Assembly (NCBI GenBank): GCA_965219705.1
Contig: OZ244789.1
Span: 1,526,718-1,590,717 of the forward strand
Direction of reading: 5' to 3'
Source: Chloroflexota bacterium
GTDB taxonomy: Bacteria > Chloroflexota > UBA11872
DNA length: 64,000 nucleotides
This document shows, piece after piece, positions 56,636-64,000 of this stretch. Under the pieces are notes generated by a model. The model ran no database searches. It had not been told where the DNA came from and saw only the letters and a list, made by a program, of their open reading frames with translations. A program made the position numbers and the translations under genes. Every line of letters begins with the position of its first letter. Within the stretch, counting starts at the first letter, position 1.

Positions 56636-57721
56636 ATGACCGCGAATGTGACGCGACCAAAACTCACGCGGTATTCGCCCGGCGCCGGCTGAGCCTGCAA
56701 GCTCAGCCCAACCGAGCTGGCGCACGTGATGCGCCGCATGCCGCCGATGGCCAGCGTCGACCTGCTGGTTGACGCCGCCACCTTCGATGACGCCGCCGTC
56801 TATCGGCTGCGTGACGACCTGGCGATCGTGGCGACGATCGACGTTTTTACCCCCATCGTCGACGACCCCTACGACTTTGGCGCCATCGCGGCGGCGAATG
56901 CGCTCAGTGACGTCTACGCGATGGCCGCCACGCCGTTGTTCGCGCTCAACCTTGCCGGCTTTCCACGCGACACCCTGGCGCTCGACGTGCTCGCGGAGAT
57001 CCAGCGCGGCGGCGCCGACACGGTGCTGGAGGCCGGCGCGGTGGTCGCCGGCGGGCACTCCGTCGACGATCCGGTGCCCAAATTCGGCATGGCGGTCATT
57101 GGCACGGTGCATCCCGACGCGCTCATCACGAACGCGGGGGCGCGCCCCGGCGATCTGCTGGTGCTCACCAAACCCATCGGGACGGGCATCATCAGCACCG
57201 CGCTCAAGCATGAGGCCGCGCCTCCCGACGCGCTGGCCGCGGCCGTGGCCAGCATGCGGACGCTGAATCGAGCGGCGGCCGACACCGCGGCCAAGTTCGG
57301 CGCCCACGCCATGACCGACATATCGGGATTCGGGCTCTTGGGGCATCTGCGCGAAATGATGCAGGCCAGCGGCTGTTCGGCCACGGTCTTTGCGGACCAG
57401 GTGCCCGTGCTCCCGCGCGTGCGCGAGCTCATCGCCGCGGACGAGGTGCCGGGCGGAACCGAGCGCAACCTGGCCGCGCTCGACGGTGAGGTGACGTGGC
57501 TGGCCGAGCTTCCCACCGCCGAGCGGCTGCTGCTCGCCGACGCCCAGACGAGCGGCGGGTTGCTCATTGCCATTCCCCCTGAGGACGAGCACGCGTTCCG
57601 TCAGGCGCTCACCGCGGCGGGAACGCTGGCGGCGGCCACGGTTGGTCGGGTGGTCGCGCCGCGCGGGGCGCCGCTGCACGTCAGCCTGTCGCACCTGGAG
57701 CCCGACGTTGTCACCCGCTAG
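56636..57721 (+). CDS. selD: Selenide, water dikinase (selenoprotein, in-frame UGA at 56690)
   Basis: LTRYSPGAG-UGA-ACKL in frame with DDAAVY, DVFTPIVDDP, ANALSDVYAM, DAQTSGGLL. Confidence 0.95.
56693..56725 (+). promoter_or_regulatory. Candidate bacterial SECIS hairpin
   Basis: AGCTC-AGCCCAACC-GAGCT stem-loop just 3' of the UGA. Confidence 0.5.
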
Positions 57722-58931
57722 CGACGCGCGAGTCATCCTCTACACCGGCAAGGGCGGCGTGGGCAAGACCAGCGTCGCCGCAGCTGCCGCGCTGCGCTGC
57801 GCAGAGCGCGGCGCGCGCACCATCGTGCTCAGCACCGACGCGGCGCACAGCCTCGGCGACTCCCTGGACCTGCCCCTGGGCCCCGAGCCGGTCAAGGTGG
57901 CCGAGCGGCTCTGGGCGCAGGAATGCGATATCTACTACAACCTCGAAACCTATTGGGGCACCGTCCAGTCCTGGTTTGAGGCGCTGCTGACCTGGCGCGG
58001 CGTCAGCGATCTCCTGGCGGAAGAAATCGCCGTGCTCCCCGGCATGGAGGAGCTCGCGAACCTGCTCTGGATCACCCGCCACGTCGAGTCCGGCGACTTC
58101 GACGTCGTGATCGTGGACTGCGCCCCAACGGGTGAGACGCTGCGTCTGCTGGCGTTCCCCGAGGTCGGTCGCTGGTGGATGGACAAGCTGTTGCCGATCA
58201 ACCGCCAGCTCGCGCGCATGGTTCGCCCGATGGCGCGGCGAGTCACGGATCTGCCGCTGCCCGACGACTCCGTCTTCGTCGCCATGGGCGAGCTGGTCGA
58301 GGAGCTGGAGAAGCTTCGGGCGCTGCTCACCCGTCCGGGCCAGTCGACCATAAGGATCGTGGTCAACCCGGAGAAGATGGTGATTCGCGAGGCGCAGCGC
58401 AGCTATACCTACCTGACCCTTTACGACCACATCACCGACGCCCTGGTGGTGAACCGCCTCGTCCCCGCGTCGGCCACGGGCGACTTTGCCGCGAGCTGGC
58501 GCCGCATGCAGCAGCGCTACATGCACGAAATCCACTCCATGTTCGATCCCCTGCCAGTCCTCCAGATTCCGCAGTTTCCTCAAGAAGTAGTCGGGCTTGA
58601 ACGGCTGCGGGCGATGGGAGAGCTGATGCACGGCGACCATGATCCCGCCGCCGTCCTGGTGCGCGAGCGGCCGTATCACATTGCCCAGGTCGACGGCGAG
58701 TTTGAGTTTCAGATTCCGGCGCCCTTCATCGACCGCAGCGACGCGGCGCTGATCCGGCGCGGGGACGAGTTGGTGGTTCGCATGGGCGCGGCCCGCCGCA
58801 ATATCGTCCTGCCGCGCGCCCTGGCCCGCATGGAGCATCAACGGGCGCGGCTTGAGGATGGACAGCTGCGGATCAGGTTCGCGCCGCGCGCCTCGGCGGA
58901 GCCGCCGTCAGAGGCCGCCTCACCGCCCTAG
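57708..58931 (+). CDS. ArsA/GET3-family ATPase with HSP20-like C-terminus
   Basis: GKGGVGKT, STDAAHSL, DCAPTGETLRLL, VVNR; TTG start overlaps selD. Confidence 0.92.
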   Translation: MSPASDARVILYTGKGGVGKTSVAAAAALRCAERGARTIVLSTDAAHSLGDSLDLPLGPEPVKVAERLWAQECDIYYNLETYWGTVQSWFEALLTWRGVSDLLAEEIAVLPGMEELANLLWITRHVESGDFDVVIVDCAPTGETLRLLAFPEVGRWWMDKLLPINRQLARMVRPMARRVTDLPLPDDSVFVAMGELVEELEKLRALLTRPGQSTIRIVVNPEKMVIREAQRSYTYLTLYDHITDALVVNRLVPASATGDFAASWRRMQQRYMHEIHSMFDPLPVLQIPQFPQEVVGLERLRAMGELMHGDHDPAAVLVRERPYHIAQVDGEFEFQIPAPFIDRSDAALIRRGDELVVRMGAARRNIVLPRALARMEHQRARLEDGQLRIRFAPRASAEPPSEAASPP

Positions 58932-59062
58932 CGAGTCGTCACGGGTCTTGAGGACGGAAGCGGGACGCTACTCTGCCGCCGCTTACGAGCCAGGCACCCG
59001 GGCGGTGTGCCGCCTGGGTGCCTGAATTCCCCCGTTCGCCAGTCCGCCGAACCGGGTATGGG

Positions 59063-59734
59063 CTACGTGCCCGAGGCGTAGTAGCCCAGGAGCTGCTGAA
59101 GCTTCGAGAGGCTGAGAATGGAGATCAGCCGCTTGCGTCCGCGCGCCGGGGCCAGGGCGCCCGCGCGCCGCAGCGTGCTGATGGCCAGGCTGACGCTCTC
59201 GCGCACCGTGCCCAGACGCTGGGCCAACTCCTCGTGCGTCATCTGGAGGTCGGTTGTGCCCTGACGCTCGGCCATTTGCAGAATGGCCAACGCCACCGCA
59301 TCGGCCACGCTGGCGAGCGCGGTGTGACTCGCCCGTGTCTCAACCTCGGCCAGGCGCCGAATCTGGGACCGAACGAGCTCGACGCCAAAGCTCGGGTACT
59401 TGCGGAGCAGGCGCTGCAACGCGGCGCCATCGAGCCAGGCCACGTGCGCGGAAGCGTCGGCCTCGATGAAGGTGCGATCGTGGGTCTCGCTGGGGAAGAG
59501 ATTCTCGAACCAATCGCCCCGGCGGAGCGAGGCCGTCGCAAGCTGTTTGCCCTTCGGGCTTAGCCGCCAGACGGTGATCTCGCCGTCGCACACGATGCCA
59601 ACGCGTGGACGGTCCACCGCAAGGTCCATCACGAGATCGCCGGCCCGATAGGCCGCCGGGTGCGCGCCTTCAGCGCGCAGATTTGCCATGAGCCGGGCAG
59701 CCACGGTCCGGTCTACGTCAGTGTCCGACGTCAT
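59063..59734 (-). CDS. Crp/Fnr family transcriptional regulator
   Basis: cNMP-like domain plus THEELAQRLGTVRESVS HTH. Confidence 0.9.
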   Translation of the reverse strand: MTSDTDVDRTVAARLMANLRAEGAHPAAYRAGDLVMDLAVDRPRVGIVCDGEITVWRLSPKGKQLATASLRRGDWFENLFPSETHDRTFIEADASAHVAWLDGAALQRLLRKYPSFGVELVRSQIRRLAEVETRASHTALASVADAVALAILQMAERQGTTDLQMTHEELAQRLGTVRESVSLAISTLRRAGALAPARGRKRLISILSLSKLQQLLGYYASGT

Positions 59735-59857
59735 TGTCGACCACTCCTCCGCTTGGCACGGGCGACGTCCGCCACGTCATTTGAAGCATAGGCCGCCGAC
59801 CGGAGCGAATCATGAGAATCGGGTGAGGAACACCCGTGCGGCGTTGAGACCTTTTGG

Positions 59858-61297
59858 TCAGATGTGGTAGCGCACGTCCGCGCGCCCGACGGGCACGTCC
59901 TCCCGGCCGTCCGCGGGGAGACGCACTTCGAATTCGGCGCCGCCAAGCGCGCTGCGGCCCGCCTCTACGCTGCCGCCATGCGCTTCGGCCACGCGCTTGA
60001 CGATGGTCAGGCCCAGACCGGTGCCGCCGGTGGCCCGCGATCGCGAGGGGTCAACGCGATAGAACCGATCGAAGATGTGGGGCGCGTGCTCCGGTGGGAT
60101 TCCGCACCCGTCGTCCGCCACCACCAATCGCGCCGTGCCATTCTGCCGCCGCACGTCAACCTCGATACGGCCCGCGGGGTCTGTTGCGGCAATAGCGTTC
60201 TGCACCAGATTGCGGACGGCGCGCTCGAGCTTGTCGACGTCCCCGGCTATGAGCACGTCGCCGTCGCCGTGCACCCGCAGCTTGCGGCTGCCCGCCAGTG
60301 GTTCGAGGTCGTGGACGGCTCGCTCGGCCAGGGCGCGCACCTCCACCGGTTCGAACCGCATTTCCGTCGCGGCGTCCAACTCCGCGATCGCCAGGAGATC
60401 GTCCACGATCCGCTGCATCCTGGTGGCTTCACGCAGGATCGCGCCCGCGGCATGGTCCACATCGCCGGCGGATGCGCTGCGGCACAGAATCTCGGCGTTG
60501 CCGCGAATGACCGTGAGGGGCGTTTTCAGCTCATGCGATGCGTCGGCCAGGAACCGGTGTTGCGACGCCACCAGCTGCTCAATAGAGTCCAGCATCCGAT
60601 TGAAGGTTCGGCTGAGCGTCGTGATTTCGTCGCGGCCCTTGCCGACCTTGATTCGCCGACTGAGGTCCCCCACCCGACGAATCGCCTCCGCCGTGCGCGT
60701 AAGGCCGGCAACTGGATTCATGGACTTGCGCGTGAGATACAAGCCGCAGAACAGCGCCACGAGGACCACGGCGGACGACCCGCCAAGCAGGTACGCGCGG
60801 AATCGATCGATGAAGCCTTCGGCGACGTCGACCGAGAGTCCCGCCTGCAGCACCCCCCGGACCTGGTCGTTGATGACGATGGGCGTGGCCAGGATGCGCA
60901 GGCGGGCGCCGTTTTCCAGACGCACGTTCTCGAATTGCTCCTCCAACGTGCGGAGCGCCTCGTAGACGCCGGGCGTCACCGGAAGCCGCCACCCATCCAG
61001 ATTGGCTGACGTTACTTCCGGCACGCCGGCGGGGTTGACAATCTGGTGAAAGATGCCCGACCGCGCCAACTCCTCCGATGAAACTTTCGGCAGGGTGCCG
61101 AGTGCCGGCTCGGTGCCCACGATCGGTGTGCCGGTGTCGGCAAACGCCAGGATGAGCTCCGCGCGGCTGCGAAGCGCACGGTCCACCTCGCCCCTCACGC
61201 TCGCCGCCAGGATGACGTGCAGCAGCAGCCCAAACCCCATCACAGTGGCGACGACGAAGCCTACGTACCAGAGCGCCAGCTTGAGTCGGATGCTCAT
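59858..61297 (-). CDS. HAMP sensor histidine kinase
   Basis: ASHELKTPL, N box, DDGCGI, FDRFYR, GTGLGL. Confidence 0.96.
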   Translation of the reverse strand: MSIRLKLALWYVGFVVATVMGFGLLLHVILAASVRGEVDRALRSRAELILAFADTGTPIVGTEPALGTLPKVSSEELARSGIFHQIVNPAGVPEVTSANLDGWRLPVTPGVYEALRTLEEQFENVRLENGARLRILATPIVINDQVRGVLQAGLSVDVAEGFIDRFRAYLLGGSSAVVLVALFCGLYLTRKSMNPVAGLTRTAEAIRRVGDLSRRIKVGKGRDEITTLSRTFNRMLDSIEQLVASQHRFLADASHELKTPLTVIRGNAEILCRSASAGDVDHAAGAILREATRMQRIVDDLLAIAELDAATEMRFEPVEVRALAERAVHDLEPLAGSRKLRVHGDGDVLIAGDVDKLERAVRNLVQNAIAATDPAGRIEVDVRRQNGTARLVVADDGCGIPPEHAPHIFDRFYRVDPSRSRATGGTGLGLTIVKRVAEAHGGSVEAGRSALGGAEFEVRLPADGREDVPVGRADVRYHI

Positions 61298-61995
61298 GCG
61301 CCGCCTCGCCGCAACACATAGCCAACGCCGCGCACCGTGTGGATCAGACGCGGCCGGCCATCCGCCTCAAGCTTGCGTCTGAGGTAGCCGACGTACACGT
61401 CCACCACGTTGGACACCGCGGTGGGCTCAAAGCCCCACATGCGATCGAGCAACTCCCCGCGGGTGAGGACGCGGCCCGGTTGTTCCATCAGAACCCGCAG
61501 GAGCTCGAACTCGGTCTGTGTCAGGCCCACGGGCTCGCCCATCCTCGTGACCTGTCGCGCCGCAAGGTCCATCCGGACGCCATCGAAGCTGAGCACCTGG
61601 CGCTCGGCCGGCCCATGACGGCGTAGCAGCGCCCGTACGCGGGCCACCAGCTCTCCAAAGGCGAAGGGTTTGGGCAGGTAGTCGTCGGCCCCGGCGTCGA
61701 GGCCGCGAATGCGGTCCGCGACCCGGTCGCGCGCGGTGAGGAACAGCACCGGAACGTCACTGGTCGCCCGCACCCGCTCGAGCACGTCGAACCCATCGAG
61801 TCCCGGCATCATCACATCCAGGATCACCACGTCGGCCGCTCCCGCATTTATGGCCTCGAGCGCCTGCGTGCCGTCCGAGGTGGCGCGAACGTCGAAGCCC
61901 TCGATGCGCAAGCCGCGGCGCAACATATCCAGGATTCCGGGGTCATCGTCAACCGCCAAGATCCGAGGATTGGATTCGGTTGCGCTGCGCTTCAT
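61294..61995 (-). CDS. OmpR/MprA-type response regulator
   Basis: DVMMPG, GADDYLPKPF, TVRGVGY. Confidence 0.97.
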   Translation of the reverse strand: MKRSATESNPRILAVDDDPGILDMLRRGLRIEGFDVRATSDGTQALEAINAGAADVVILDVMMPGLDGFDVLERVRATSDVPVLFLTARDRVADRIRGLDAGADDYLPKPFAFGELVARVRALLRRHGPAERQVLSFDGVRMDLAARQVTRMGEPVGLTQTEFELLRVLMEQPGRVLTRGELLDRMWGFEPTAVSNVVDVYVGYLRRKLEADGRPRLIHTVRGVGYVLRRGGA

Positions 61996-62189
61996 GCCGG
62001 CAGCCTATCTTGACGGAGGCACGGCAGGCCCCGAGCGCTGCTCGATCTCACGGCCACGCGGCATTGGCGCCATTTCACCCCGCATCCAACGGCAGCGGTC
62101 CCTACAGCCGGTGGCGCGGCGCCCGCAAGCCGCATATCCAGCGCGTCGCGGCAATACGACGGCGGCGCCGTAGTGAAGTGACCCGAGTC

Positions 62190-63098
62190 TCAACCACGCA
62201 CGAGGTCCGTTTCCACGACGCGCCGCAGGATGGCAACCGCGTCGAGTTGCTCCGCCGAGTCATCGATCCGCGCGATCTGGATGACGATGCCGGCTACCCC
62301 GTCGCGGACGGCGGCGGTCAAGCGGGCCTCATAGATGTCGGCGCCGCTCGCCACGCGGGTGCGCGCGGCGCCCGATGCCGCTCCGATGCCCGGGGACGGC
62401 AGCAACTCGAGCTCGGTGACATTGGCCGCGCGAGCTGCCGCCTGCAGGCCTTCCACGAGCCCACGGGCAATGCTCTCGAGAAAGGTGTCCGGCCGCTCGA
62501 TCAGGCCCGTCACGACTTGCAGGTCCACCGTGTCGACGGCTCGCCCCACCAGCACCAGCGCCAGGAGGAATGGTTCGCCGCGCCGCACCACCAAGGGGTC
62601 GAGGAACTGGTCCGCCAGACCCACCGTGCCGGCCGTGATCTCCCCGGCGCCGGGCTGGAGCACGGTGAATGCCGGATCGTCGGGCAGATCGGCCGGACCG
62701 GGCAGCAGGGCCAGCAGCTCGGCGTCGGTGGGCGGCACCGGACCCGTCGGCATCGGCGGGATGGCTGGCGACGCGGTCGGCGGCGGTGACGGATCTGCCG
62801 TCGGCGTGGCAGCCGGGGTCACCGTCGGCGCGGGAGCCGGTGCTGGAAGCGGAGTTTCCGCAACGGACGGCGTCGGCGTCGGCGTGGCGGTGGCGAAGGG
62901 GATCGGGGTCCACGTGGGCGTCGGGTCGGGCGTGGCCGTTGCCGGCGGGCGCGCCGTCGTTCCTGCCACCCTGGGCAGATCGCAGCCTGCCAGGATCGCG
63001 GCAAGGGTCAGCATGACGCCCACGACTCTGATCGAGACGCTCGTGACCGGCGCGTCGGAATGGTTCGGCGTGGCTGGCGACCCTCGCAAGGCAGGCAC
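62190..63098 (-). CDS. Hypothetical Pro/Thr-rich lipoprotein
   Basis: ILAGC lipobox, PT-rich linker; start uncertain. Confidence 0.7.
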   Translation of the reverse strand: MPALRGSPATPNHSDAPVTSVSIRVVGVMLTLAAILAGCDLPRVAGTTARPPATATPDPTPTWTPIPFATATPTPTPSVAETPLPAPAPAPTVTPAATPTADPSPPPTASPAIPPMPTGPVPPTDAELLALLPGPADLPDDPAFTVLQPGAGEITAGTVGLADQFLDPLVVRRGEPFLLALVLVGRAVDTVDLQVVTGLIERPDTFLESIARGLVEGLQAAARAANVTELELLPSPGIGAASGAARTRVASGADIYEARLTAAVRDGVAGIVIQIARIDDSAEQLDAVAILRRVVETDLVRG

Positions 63099-63132
63099 GC
63101 GATTCTAGTGGGGATGCCGCGCAAGGGTGCGC

Positions 63133-63999
63133 CTACTCGGTGGGCGGCACGCGCCTTCCGTCCTGCACGATGACGCAGCCGTCGACGCGGATGGTTGGGC
63201 GCGCGACGACGCCGTCCTGGTGAAACGGCACGTCCACCGTCCCGCCGATGTGCCGGCTGGCGCCCAGCGCCAGGTGCGCCGTGCCCGCCACTTTCTCACT
63301 CTCAAGAATGTTGCCGCTGAGCCGGGCCGCCGGATTGGTGCCGATCCCGAGCTCGGCGAGGTTGCGGGCCGCATCGCCCAGGTCCGCAAACACCGCCTCG
63401 AGTAGCCCGGCGCCAGACCCGTCCACGTCCGCGGCCAGCCCGTCCCGCACGCGGATCCGCATGGGCGGACCCAGTGGCGCCTCGGGAAACATCGAGGCTG
63501 CATCAATGACCACGGTGCCGGTCGCGGTCCCTTCCACGGGAGCGATGAACGCCTCGCCCGCCGGGAGGTTGCCCATGTCGCCCGGCTGGGTGAAGTGCCC
63601 GGTATCGGCATGCCCGTCCCGACCCCTCGCGCTGAACGTCAGGTCGCAGCCGCCGGGCGAGGTGAGCGTGACCTCGGCGCCGGCGCTCAAGACGGCCGCC
63701 AGCTCTTCCGACGCGCACGCGATGGCCGAATAGTCCGCCGCCAACGTTCGTAGGGCCATCTCATAGGTGATCGACGGCATGCTCGCCACCCTGGCGCCGG
63801 CGGCCGTCGCCGCCGTGCGCGCGCGGGTGTGGGTGAGCGACATCGACGTGGGCAGCAAGCACACCGCGGCGGTGCGCATGGCGTCGGCAACCGCCGGTGG
63901 GGGCTCGCTGCCGTGGCGCTCGGCCACCGGCATCACGAGCAGCGTCACGTCGCGCGCGTGCCGCAGCGCTCCCGCGTAAAACAGCTCGCCGATGGGCCG
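63133..63999 (-). CDS. M29-family aminopeptidase (5' end beyond the window)
   Basis: GNLPAGEAFIAP, ELGIGTN, ESEK, HLALG, HQD; frame open to the window edge. Confidence 0.88.
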   Translation of the reverse strand, partial: RPIGELFYAGALRHARDVTLLVMPVAERHGSEPPPAVADAMRTAAVCLLPTSMSLTHTRARTAATAAGARVASMPSITYEMALRTLAADYSAIACASEELAAVLSAGAEVTLTSPGGCDLTFSARGRDGHADTGHFTQPGDMGNLPAGEAFIAPVEGTATGTVVIDAASMFPEAPLGPPMRIRVRDGLAADVDGSGAGLLEAVFADLGDAARNLAELGIGTNPAARLSGNILESEKVAGTAHLALGASRHIGGTVDVPFHQDGVVARPTIRVDGCVIVQDGRRVPPTE

Positions 64000-64000
64000 C

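Overview
High-GC bacterial chromosomal window, most likely Chloroflexota; the plant-type LRR lipoprotein and the expanded Gfo/Idh/MocA, PhyH and GH78 genes suggest a sponge-associated lineage (inference). A housekeeping backbone (polA, pyrD, rpsT, holA, folB-rlmB-cysS-ispF-fpr-ispD-radA-clpC-rpsA, tag, tyrS, selD, two-component system) is interrupted by small accessory inserts. The ORF track misses the strongest signal: an IS110-family recombinase cut by the window start (333 to <1, minus strand). Its upstream non-coding end folds like a bridge RNA with two guide loops. One guide matches the genomic flank (GTCATTCC, a REP head), another matches the element's own left end, and the two remaining guides predict sequences outside the window. 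Also seen: a selenocysteine-type UGA in selD, three integrase-free inserts bounded by duplicated gene 3' ends, REP palindromes translated inside proteins, IS481-like end relics, a frameshifted small Cys/His gene, a YchF-like protein with a degenerate P-loop and two PIN toxin modules. All calls were made by eye; no database search or folding program was run.
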